Source: a virus
Taxonomy: Duplodnaviria > Heunggongvirae > Uroviricota > Caudoviricetes
Strand: one strand, 5' to 3'
Virus record (IMG/VR): IMGVR_UViG_3300021400_000025
Span: 150,479 to 214,478 of that record
DNA length: 64,000 bases
Shown here: piece by piece, positions 30,861 through 38,864 of the stretch
Layout: each line of letters opens with the position of its first letter
Numbering within the stretch: the first letter of the stretch is position 1
Made by a program: the position numbers and the translations under genes
Notes under the pieces: generated by a model
Seen by the model: only the letters and a program-made list of their open reading frames with translations
Database searches by the model: none
What the model was told of the DNA's origin: nothing

Positions 30861-31631
30861 ATGTTGAGCGAGCAAGAAAAGTCTGACTACAGAGAAATCG
30901 TCATGAAGCACATGACCAAGATGGCCGAAAGTTTTAGCGATCTAAATCCTAAAAATTCCTTTTATACTCTTTTTCCATCCCGAGCAGTAGAATTTGGGCG
31001 TTCATTTGATAGCAAGTTGGGACATACAATGGAAGGGATAATCGTTGATATATGCAAACGCAATTTCTGCAACGTTTCTCGTAAGGTCAAGGGTTTCTTG
31101 TATTCTGAACAGAGCGACCACATCGGTCACTTGCTGTCCATGTATGAAGACAAGGAGACAAGGAAAACTCCTGAAATTTCAGATTACTTGGGATTTCAGG
31201 TGTCAAGTTCTTCGGGGAAGATGAGGAAAGAGTTATGCGATATAGTCATGCAAGATGGCAACAAGCACTACTTAGTTGAAGTGAAACTTGGTGGTGATAT
31301 GGATGTCAAGAAAGCACAGGGGGAGAAACGCCATTTGCTTGAGTTGTATTACATGATGTTCAACAGTTGCACCAAGAATGACGAAATTAAGATTTTGGTT
31401 GGTACTGTGTACAATTGCTGTGGCGAAGGAAACGATTTCAACCAGAAACGTGTGCTTCAATATTTCAACAGAAATGAGCTATTGATTGGAACCGAGTTTT
31501 GGAGTTTCATCGCAAGGAGTGAAGAAGGTGGGAAGTTCATTTGGGATGAATTCGTCAAGTGCTGCCCCATGGTCAACACTGCGTATGAGAAGAACAAGGA
31601 ACGAGTGCAGAAAGAACTTAATCTAGTATAA
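30861..31631 (+). CDS. Putative type II restriction endonuclease (PD-(D/E)xK)
   Basis: SFDSKLG..ME, CDIVM...LVEVKLGGDMD; directly upstream of an adenine methylase. Confidence 0.65.
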   Translation: MLSEQEKSDYREIVMKHMTKMAESFSDLNPKNSFYTLFPSRAVEFGRSFDSKLGHTMEGIIVDICKRNFCNVSRKVKGFLYSEQSDHIGHLLSMYEDKETRKTPEISDYLGFQVSSSSGKMRKELCDIVMQDGNKHYLVEVKLGGDMDVKKAQGEKRHLLELYYMMFNSCTKNDEIKILVGTVYNCCGEGNDFNQKRVLQYFNRNELLIGTEFWSFIARSEEGGKFIWDEFVKCCPMVNTAYEKNKERVQKELNLV

Positions 31632-31638
31632 TTAAAAT

Positions 31639-32754
31639 ATGAAATCCAAGCAATTAAAAACTTATGGTCTTAAGCCATTGATAAAGTATCCGGGGGGCAA
31701 GGAAAAAGAACTTCCACTGATATTTGAAAACCTTCCCACATCGTTTCAAGACTATTATGAGCCTTTTGTTGGGGGTGGTTCCGTCCACATGGCGATGTCC
31801 GCCACCCATCATTTCATAAACGATAAGTCAAAGGACTTGATTGATTTTTATCGGGCGTTGAAAAACCAAGATACCCGGGTTCTATTTGACATCGAAAACA
31901 TTAACTCCTCGTGGAAAAACTTGAACCAGTTCATGAACGAGCACAGGGACGAACTTGTTGACATCTACAAGTCGGGAACAGAAAAAAACTTAAATGTGCT
32001 TGACTTCATAGAGAAGAACTATCCTGCCATCAAATTAATATTCAATGGCTTGACTGTTAATGATGGTCTGTTCAAGCGTGAGTTGGTTCGTTGCGTTCCA
32101 TCCAAGTTCAATAGGATGAGGAACATCAGCACAAAGAATGGCGCACTTCCTGAGTCTGATATTTTCCCTAACTTAACAACGGCGTTCATTTCTTCGCTAT
32201 ATTCGTACTACAGAAGTCTATACAACACCAAAGACCCCTCCGTGGTTCCATGCAGAGTGGCGTTATATGTATTTCTCAGGTACTATGCCTACAGTGGGAT
32301 GTTCAGGTTCAACCCAAGGGGGGAGTTCAACGTCCCATATGGCGGGATGGGGTATAACAAGAACTTTCTGGACTCCAAGATTGCTTATTGGAAGTCTCCG
32401 GAGTTGATTGAGCATTTTGAGAAAACCACCATTGAAGCCATGGACTTCCGAGATTTCATAAATGCGCATCCACCAACAAGTGATGATTTCATGTTCCTTG
32501 ATCCACCATATGATTCTGAATTCAGTACTTACGATGGAAATGAATTTGGGAAAGCGGAGCAGTGCGCCCTTGCGAATTACCTTCTGGACGATTGTCCATG
32601 TAAGTGGATGATGGTGATAAAAAACACGGACTTCATCAGAAATCTATATGATGGGCATGGACTTTCCATAAAGGCGTTTGACAAGAAATATTCGGTGAGC
32701 TTCATGAACAGAAACAACAAAAATGTGACGCATCTTATCATCATGAACTATTGA
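31639..32754 (+). CDS. D12-class N6-adenine DNA methyltransferase (Dam-like)
   Basis: KYPGGK, YEPFVGGGSV, IND, RFNPRGEFNVPYG, FLDPPY. Confidence 0.88.
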   Translation: MKSKQLKTYGLKPLIKYPGGKEKELPLIFENLPTSFQDYYEPFVGGGSVHMAMSATHHFINDKSKDLIDFYRALKNQDTRVLFDIENINSSWKNLNQFMNEHRDELVDIYKSGTEKNLNVLDFIEKNYPAIKLIFNGLTVNDGLFKRELVRCVPSKFNRMRNISTKNGALPESDIFPNLTTAFISSLYSYYRSLYNTKDPSVVPCRVALYVFLRYYAYSGMFRFNPRGEFNVPYGGMGYNKNFLDSKIAYWKSPELIEHFEKTTIEAMDFRDFINAHPPTSDDFMFLDPPYDSEFSTYDGNEFGKAEQCALANYLLDDCPCKWMMVIKNTDFIRNLYDGHGLSIKAFDKKYSVSFMNRNNKNVTHLIIMNY

Positions 32755-33377
32755 CAATGAGCATTGAAACATCAGAGTCAAGGTTCAAGGAAGTTACAGG
32801 TCTGACCCATCTTGACTTGTCAGTTCCCCATTTCAGTAAAGGCGACAATCAACAGCAGAAAACGACAAAGCAGCAATTTCGCGATTTTGGCTGGGTATGT
32901 ACGCCCCTCTGGTTGGTTGACGAAATGCTTGAACCTCAGATTTCAAACTTGACATTGACATCCACCACATGCGATGCTTGTGCCGGTTGTGGACAGTTCT
33001 CCATACGCCTGATGAGGAAGATGTACAACAAGCTTCGGGAAATGGGTGCGTCTGAGGACAAGGCAAATATCTGGATTCAGAAAGTCTGGCTTCCCAAACT
33101 ACACTACTTCACTGAATTCCAGTTTTCCAACGTGGCGAAACTCGTTTACATTTTTGGTCCGAACATCAACGTCTATGCCGGAGATTCACTGAACATGAAG
33201 TACGCGAAGGATGAAGACAAGGGCCTGCTCTTTTTCAACGAAAAGTTGAAATCATGGCTGAACATCCCTGACCTCCAACCCGAAGTTGAAAAACGGAAGG
33301 ACGACCTTGACGCGCTTGTGACTCTGTTCAAAGTGCTTGAAACCAACTGGAACCTCATCAACCACATGAAGAACTGA
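32751..33377 (+). CDS. Adenine DNA methyltransferase, SAM-binding half
   Basis: FGWVCTPLWLVDEML, DACAGCGQF (motif I), NVYAGDSL; no NPPY. Confidence 0.65.
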   Translation: MTMSIETSESRFKEVTGLTHLDLSVPHFSKGDNQQQKTTKQQFRDFGWVCTPLWLVDEMLEPQISNLTLTSTTCDACAGCGQFSIRLMRKMYNKLREMGASEDKANIWIQKVWLPKLHYFTEFQFSNVAKLVYIFGPNINVYAGDSLNMKYAKDEDKGLLFFNEKLKSWLNIPDLQPEVEKRKDDLDALVTLFKVLETNWNLINHMKN

Positions 33378-33414
33378 TTTTACAATCAATCATGCAGGTG
33401 GTATAATTTACTGT

Positions 33415-33603
33415 ATGAAATGGAAACTTGTAAATGAATCAAAAACTCCGGCAGATGATGATTCAATAAATTCCACCTTAAATGGGGATGTATCAAAGGG
33501 AACAGACGACTATGACGAGGAAGTTGATGTTATTAGACATCAGAGAGGTGTCATCAAGGCAGAGCGAGTTGGAAAAAACGCCATTAGAATCGTAGTATCT
33601 TAA
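33415..33603 (+). CDS. Short paralog of the N-terminus of the 28689 gene
   Basis: MKWKLVNESKTPADDDSINSTLNGDVS versus MKWRLIEEARKTPSDMESINDSFNKDVS. Confidence 0.55.
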   Translation: MKWKLVNESKTPADDDSINSTLNGDVSKGTDDYDEEVDVIRHQRGVIKAERVGKNAIRIVVS

Positions 33604-33625
33604 TTGAAAGGAAACGCAAACAGAA

Positions 33626-34453
33626 ATGGAACCCGACTATTCAACCTACAGACTGCAGCTCAAGTCCTTGAAGCCGGACCTTGACGAGAAGCAGATCTAC
33701 CAGATGTACAATGGCGTGATGAAGCCTGGGCGCAGCACACAGACAACGCCCTATCTTGCCGAGGATGGCTACTACCACGGACTCTACCTTACGGAGTGCC
33801 TTGACGATGGCCGAATCTACGTTGGGAAGCACAGCACAATGGATCTTGACGATGGGTATCAAGGTTCTGGCTATGAAATCAACGATGGGAAGAACCTTGG
33901 GAAGAAGTTCAAGACGACATGGCTTGAGTTCTTTGATTCGTCTGACCAGGCATATGTCGCCGAGAAGGGGATTGTGAACGCGAACTTCATCCGAAACCAG
34001 AAGCTGGTGATGAACCATGTCCTTGGTGGGAAGCATCTTGATGATGCGAAGCATCTTGATGATTCAAAGCATGATGCGAAGCATCTGGACGATGTGAAGA
34101 AGCATCTGGACGAGAAAAAGCCAGAAGTTGTGAAAACTGAATCCAGCAAGAAGGTTGAGCCATTCAAGACCCCAAATCCGGACAGGATTGAGGTGAAGGG
34201 CAGAAAGAAGAGGGGAAGCACATTCTCGGACCTTGGGGTGAAGGTTGGAGACTGGATTTCGTTCATTGAGGACGAGAGCAAGAAGTTCAAGGTTGTTGAC
34301 GATTGGCATGTTGACGACCACAATGGCCGAACCTTGATGCTCAAGCAGGTTCTACCGGCCTTGACGAAGAGGTTCTATGGCAATCCCCTTTCCGCGTTCA
34401 CGTTCAATGGGAAATGCCTTGCCGCAATCCAGAAGGAACTTCGCAGCAATTGA
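33626..34453 (+). CDS. GIY-YIG (Seg-like) endonuclease-like protein
   Basis: GLYLTECLDDGRIYVGKHST...DGYQGSG...AYVAE...MN. Confidence 0.7.
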   Translation: MEPDYSTYRLQLKSLKPDLDEKQIYQMYNGVMKPGRSTQTTPYLAEDGYYHGLYLTECLDDGRIYVGKHSTMDLDDGYQGSGYEINDGKNLGKKFKTTWLEFFDSSDQAYVAEKGIVNANFIRNQKLVMNHVLGGKHLDDAKHLDDSKHDAKHLDDVKKHLDEKKPEVVKTESSKKVEPFKTPNPDRIEVKGRKKRGSTFSDLGVKVGDWISFIEDESKKFKVVDDWHVDDHNGRTLMLKQVLPALTKRFYGNPLSAFTFNGKCLAAIQKELRSN

Positions 34454-34501
34454 TCCAGGGGTATTGACATTCTCGCTGGGATATGGTATACTGTAGTTGT
34501 T

Positions 34502-34801
34502 ATGAACAAGCACATACAGAAGATCATCAACGATCCCAGGCCTGAATGCCAGGTGAAGGGTCATCGCGTCCATGTCACGATCAATGGCACTGGCGAGAAC
34601 TGGCCGAAATGGAGCCATCTTGCCTATGGCATTGGAGGTGGCTTCATCCACTTCGAGAAGGAGGAGGACTACAACGATTGGAAGTCCCATCAGCCCCAAT
34701 CTTCATCTGGGGACAACGACAACAATGATGAATCCACCAACGAGTGGCAAGGTGGCAGGTATGTCCCAGAGTGTGGGCCGATTGGCTTCAGGGCTGCATG
34801 A
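34502..34801 (+). CDS. Hypothetical protein
   Basis: First ORF after TTGACA-N17-TATACT at 34464-34492. Confidence 0.5.
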   Translation: MNKHIQKIINDPRPECQVKGHRVHVTINGTGENWPKWSHLAYGIGGGFIHFEKEEDYNDWKSHQPQSSSGDNDNNDESTNEWQGGRYVPECGPIGFRAA

Positions 34802-34812
34802 AGGAGAATCGT

Positions 34813-34965
34813 ATGTACGAAAAATTCAAGAAGCAGATTGAACGTATCTTGAAACGTTATTCCATTGTCAATGACCGAGATGCCATCATGAAAGACCTCT
34901 CCGAAGTGGTGACCGAGGCGTATGACATGGGATGTGAAGATGCCAAGGATAATTGGGATGACTGA
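34813..34965 (+). CDS. Small acidic protein, paralog family member 1
   Basis: RILKRYSIVNDRDAIMKDL...EAYDMG..DAKDNWD; RBS AGGAG. Confidence 0.55.
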   Translation: MYEKFKKQIERILKRYSIVNDRDAIMKDLSEVVTEAYDMGCEDAKDNWDD

Positions 34966-34968
34966 ACC

Positions 34969-35166
34969 ATGCCCAAGGAACTTCTGGACAGATTGAATGG
35001 AATCCTGGATTGGTGGAAGATTGAAGATTTTACCGACAGGGAGGAGATTGAGAAGGAATTGACTTCACTTCTGAATGATGCATATTCACAGGGATGGAGT
35101 GACGCAAAGGACGATTCCTTTGAAGAGGATTATAGCCGGGATGATGGAAACTGGCCGGAAGATTGA
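34969..35166 (+). CDS. Small acidic protein, paralog family member 2
   Basis: GILDWWKI...REEIEKEL...DAYSQGWSDAKD. Confidence 0.55.
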   Translation: MPKELLDRLNGILDWWKIEDFTDREEIEKELTSLLNDAYSQGWSDAKDDSFEEDYSRDDGNWPED

Positions 35167-35201
35167 GCAATATCACATTCACCGGATAGGAGAAGAACAA
35201 A

Positions 35202-35369
35202 ATGAGAAACGTTGTTTGCTGGTATGAGATTTGCGTTGATGGCTCTACACAGTGGGAAATGGTTGACCCGCTCAATGGCGAGTGCATCGAGTATTTCTAC
35301 AACAAGCTCGACGCCAAGGTGTATGCAGGGCAGCACGACATCAACATCGTCGAGTGGAGGGAGGACTGA
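35202..35369 (+). CDS. Small hypothetical protein
   Basis: MRNVVCWYEICVDG...; RBS AGGAG. Confidence 0.5.
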   Translation: MRNVVCWYEICVDGSTQWEMVDPLNGECIEYFYNKLDAKVYAGQHDINIVEWRED

Positions 35370-35370
35370 G

Positions 35371-35670
35371 ATGCTACCAACCTACGATGAATGCTGTGGC
35401 GACGGACCTGGGAAGATGTACATGTCCAGGGAACGCGCCTTGTGGGAAATCGCAAGGCAATTGAGCAGGAAGAACGACCTGCTTGAGGTTGAGATGCTAT
35501 GCAAGACGGCAGATGCTCTTCGCAATGCAGCAAAGGGTTCGCTTGGGGATCTCCATGACGATGGCTACATCTGGGCCGAGGAATTGGCTTGCATGGCACA
35601 CAAGAAGATTTGTGAAATCACAGGCGCACCATTCGCCCTCAATGACGAAGAAGAAACAAGGAGTTGTTGA
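35371..35670 (+). CDS. Hypothetical protein
   Basis: RBS GGAGG; operon context. Confidence 0.5.
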   Translation: MLPTYDECCGDGPGKMYMSRERALWEIARQLSRKNDLLEVEMLCKTADALRNAAKGSLGDLHDDGYIWAEELACMAHKKICEITGAPFALNDEEETRSC

Positions 35671-35862
35671 ATGAAGGTCAAGTTCTACAAGTTCTGCTAT
35701 TGGATTGGGACAAAGTTGGGGATACGCCGGCTTGAAGTATGGTCGTATCTTCGTTGGTTCAGTTTGGTTGGGACTGACAGCATTCTTGGGTTCTTCGCCT
35801 TTTCGGAAGACTACTTCAAGTTCTGCGAGAGGTGGGAAATCAATGCGAAGTTTGGTAAATAA
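35671..35862 (+). CDS. Small hypothetical protein
   Basis: Operon context. Confidence 0.45.
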   Translation: MKVKFYKFCYWIGTKLGIRRLEVWSYLRWFSLVGTDSILGFFAFSEDYFKFCERWEINAKFGK

Positions 35863-35884
35863 CCTTGACAGCAAAGAGGCATAT

Positions 35885-36394
35885 ATGGACAACAAGTTTT
35901 TCACGAAGAAGGGAAGCAAGGTTGAGATTGAGGAAGTTCATACCTCTTCGGGACTGGAATACGACATCAATTTCAATGGTGGCACTGACTACTACACCGT
36001 GGCGAAGTGCTGGGACTACCTTCTGGCAGAGAAGATTCGTGACGCGGTTTCCGACTACATGCAGGAGAATTACAAGGTTGTTGGTCAAGAGGACGCCGAG
36101 ATGCTTGAAGAAAGCCTTGACGAACCCATCATGCCTGACACAGCAGTTGCCGGCAAGCCAATTGCAGCGAAAGCAGTATACGAGGAAGACCCACGCCAGT
36201 CCTTCATCATCCACAGCAACAGGCAGTGCAAGGACAAGTGGGAGGAGCAGGCTTTCAAGTATGTCATGCTTACTGGCAATGCGTATGAGGACGAGTTTGG
36301 GATAATGGTTCCTGTCCTTCAAAGGGGAGTGCCAAAGAAGTACAAAGAATTGTTGTCAAGAAGATTTCCAGTTTCATTGGAAGAAATAGATTGA
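35885..36394 (+). CDS. Hypothetical protein
   Basis: RBS GAGG, start MDNKFFTK. Confidence 0.55.
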   Translation: MDNKFFTKKGSKVEIEEVHTSSGLEYDINFNGGTDYYTVAKCWDYLLAEKIRDAVSDYMQENYKVVGQEDAEMLEESLDEPIMPDTAVAGKPIAAKAVYEEDPRQSFIIHSNRQCKDKWEEQAFKYVMLTGNAYEDEFGIMVPVLQRGVPKKYKELLSRRFPVSLEEID

Positions 36395-36407
36395 AAGGAA
36401 ACGCCTA

Positions 36408-36605
36408 ATGGCATATCATAGAATCGACCAAGCGAGGGTCAAGATGCGGGCAAAACGCGCCTGCAAGGCTTGGAACTCCTTCATGGAGGAGCTTGAGCAA
36501 GTCACGATGGAGAGCAACCACACCTACTGCGATGACATATACAAGAAGATGTCCAAATTGGCTGACGAGGTTGGGGACAATCTCAGAAAGGCCTACAATG
36601 GATGA
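36408..36605 (+). CDS. Small hypothetical protein
   Basis: RBS GAAAGGA. Confidence 0.5.
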   Translation: MAYHRIDQARVKMRAKRACKAWNSFMEELEQVTMESNHTYCDDIYKKMSKLADEVGDNLRKAYNG

Positions 36606-36756
36606 GTGGATGAAGAAACTTGATGCGATTCTGGACAAGTATGGCATTGTTGAAAACCGGGAAGCAATCAAGGACGACATCTACCATGATATCATTCAGG
36701 AGGCATTGCGTGTTGGATATGATGCTGGAAATGTAAAGCATTATTGGGATAATTGA
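36598..36756 (+). CDS. Small acidic protein, paralog family member 3
   Basis: AILDKYGIVENREAIKDDI...EALRVGYDAG..YWDN. Confidence 0.55.
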   Translation: MDEWMKKLDAILDKYGIVENREAIKDDIYHDIIQEALRVGYDAGNVKHYWDN

Positions 36757-36768
36757 GAAAGGCATATA

Positions 36769-37278
36769 ATGGATAACAACAAGTATCTATTCCTCATAAC
36801 TGGTGCAGCTGGTTCTGGCAAATCCACATTGGCTCAATTGATTCAGAACATTGCGAAAAAGTACATAGAGCCAATTGCCGAGATATGCGAGGCAGACGAG
36901 TTCTGGTACATCTTGGGCAAGGGGAAGTACGCATTCAACCCCAAGCTGCTTTGGAAGGCGCACAAGTGGTGTCAGGACAACGCAAGGGAGGTCATGTCCC
37001 ATGGGGCGAACTTGATTGTGTCGAACACCAACATCAAGCCATCCGACAGAAAGGCGTATTTCGACATGGCTGATGAATATGGCTACAAAGTCGTGTACAT
37101 CCACCTCAAGACCCAGTTCCAGAACCAGCACAATGTCCCAGACGAGACCGTGAAGCGTATGAGGGACAACTACGTGGACTTGACTTCAGACGAGAAGAGA
37201 CTTGTTGTGAAGTCAGATGAAATGTCGGATGAATTGAAGGAACTTTTGGAGAAAGCAGAGGTGAACTATGAGTATTGA
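36769..37278 (+). CDS. P-loop kinase (AAA_33/polynucleotide-kinase-like)
   Basis: GAAGSGKST, EAD, IVSNTN, HNVPDETVKRM. Confidence 0.8.
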   Translation: MDNNKYLFLITGAAGSGKSTLAQLIQNIAKKYIEPIAEICEADEFWYILGKGKYAFNPKLLWKAHKWCQDNAREVMSHGANLIVSNTNIKPSDRKAYFDMADEYGYKVVYIHLKTQFQNQHNVPDETVKRMRDNYVDLTSDEKRLVVKSDEMSDELKELLEKAEVNYEY

Positions 37279-37549
37279 GCTTGACACCAATGAAATCGCA
37301 GCAAAGTTGTCCTTCCTCATTGGACGCACGGTATTGCTGAAATCAGAAGATGGCGCGAGTTGCGTGTCTTCCATTGAATCGTTCAGGGTAATGAACAAGC
37401 CCATTCCCATGATTGATGTCTACTACAGTGGGCTTGGAATCCAGCACATCACCACCAGTCGGAAATTCAATGAAGTAATGATTGTGAACGAGCAGGGTGG
37501 AATTGAACCCCTCGGCGAGATAGTTGACAGACTTGGCATTTACTTCTAA
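37268..37549 (+). CDS. Hypothetical protein
   Basis: Operon context. Confidence 0.5.
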   Translation: MSIELDTNEIAAKLSFLIGRTVLLKSEDGASCVSSIESFRVMNKPIPMIDVYYSGLGIQHITTSRKFNEVMIVNEQGGIEPLGEIVDRLGIYF

Positions 37550-37587
37550 TCCAGATTGTTGTATAATGTAGTGGAAAGGAAATCCAC

Positions 37588-38583
37588 ATGAAAATCCGTT
37601 CTGACTATGTTTCAAACTCCAGCTCCAGCTCGTTCGTGATTGCGAATTGCGAACTGATCGAACATTTCAACATCACGAAGCAGGACATCCTTGACGCGCT
37701 GATTGACACCTATGGCAGGGATGACTACAAGCGCAGCGTGAAGCAGCGCGCGAAGTCCGCGAAGGAGTATCCAGAATACCATAAGAAGGAGCTGAAGTAT
37801 GGGCATTTCGGTCCGTTCTGGGTGTATGACATGACCGACAAGGCCGACAGGAAGGAGGCAATTGACCTCTGGGGAAATCTGCTCAAGGGATGGGACGCGA
37901 ACAACTGCAAGAAAGTCACGGACGAGGATTCCGAGGACAACAAGGGGAAGATTGCCAGTGGCTCGGCGTATTCCACCTACCGCGAAATCATGGACAAGCT
38001 CTACGATGTGTATGGAATCTCGTTCTGGGACATCCGTGAGTATGCAGTGAATCCAATCAAGAAGAACATGCCAACCAGGTTCATAAGGTCGGACAAGAAA
38101 GACCCAAAGACTGGATGCTATGGTCATTATGTCCCGGTTGAGAAGGAGATTCTGGATTTCGCAATCAAACTGCGCAAGGACATGGGAATCATGACGAACC
38201 TTGATGTAATCAAGTCGAAGGTTGCGAAGTTCTTCGTCCATGCCGACGACAACACACTGTGTGGAGAGAAATTGAGCGAGAATGGAAATGGCGAGAAACG
38301 TTGGGATGCCAAGAAGAAAGATTGGGTGGAGTGTTCAAGCAAGTGGGAATCCAAGTCCTACACCTTTGACCGCATCTGCGAAATCGTGCTTGAGTGGCTT
38401 GTGAAGAAGGGTAGGGTCAATCTCAACGACCAGGCGTTCATGGACATGATGCGCATTGACGAGAAGTACCTTTCAGCATTCGACAAGGAACATGGGGAGC
38501 TATGGGACTTCGCCAACGGCAAGAACTTCACCTGGAAGGACTTGAAGCACTGTGCCTTGACATGGAACCTGCATGAGGGTTGA
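37588..38583 (+). CDS. SNSSSSSF-motif protein 1 (stand-alone copy)
   Basis: MKIRSDYVSNSSSSSFVIA; promoter at 37539-37567. Confidence 0.8.
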   Translation: MKIRSDYVSNSSSSSFVIANCELIEHFNITKQDILDALIDTYGRDDYKRSVKQRAKSAKEYPEYHKKELKYGHFGPFWVYDMTDKADRKEAIDLWGNLLKGWDANNCKKVTDEDSEDNKGKIASGSAYSTYREIMDKLYDVYGISFWDIREYAVNPIKKNMPTRFIRSDKKDPKTGCYGHYVPVEKEILDFAIKLRKDMGIMTNLDVIKSKVAKFFVHADDNTLCGEKLSENGNGEKRWDAKKKDWVECSSKWESKSYTFDRICEIVLEWLVKKGRVNLNDQAFMDMMRIDEKYLSAFDKEHGELWDFANGKNFTWKDLKHCALTWNLHEG

Positions 38584-38855
38584 GAGACTTGAAGAACGAC
38601 AACGAGATATTGCTTCTGTGCGAATGCTCATCCTGCGAACATCAGATGATTGTCCGTTGGGATGGTTCAGACAATGAAGTGTATGTTGAGGTTCATCTTG
38701 CGGACAGCAAAGGCTTCTGGAAGAGGATGTGGCATGGATTGAAATACATCTTTGGGCACAAGTCCAGATATGGCGCATTCGATGAAATCATCCTGCGCAA
38801 AGAAGATGTCAAGTCAATCCAGAAGATTGTGGATCATCTGAAACAAGTCCGATGA
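38580..38855 (+). CDS. Hypothetical protein
   Basis: LLCECSSCEH...; FWKRMWHGLKYIFG. Confidence 0.6.
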   Translation: MRDLKNDNEILLLCECSSCEHQMIVRWDGSDNEVYVEVHLADSKGFWKRMWHGLKYIFGHKSRYGAFDEIILRKEDVKSIQKIVDHLKQVR

Positions 38856-38864
38856 TGTGGAATG

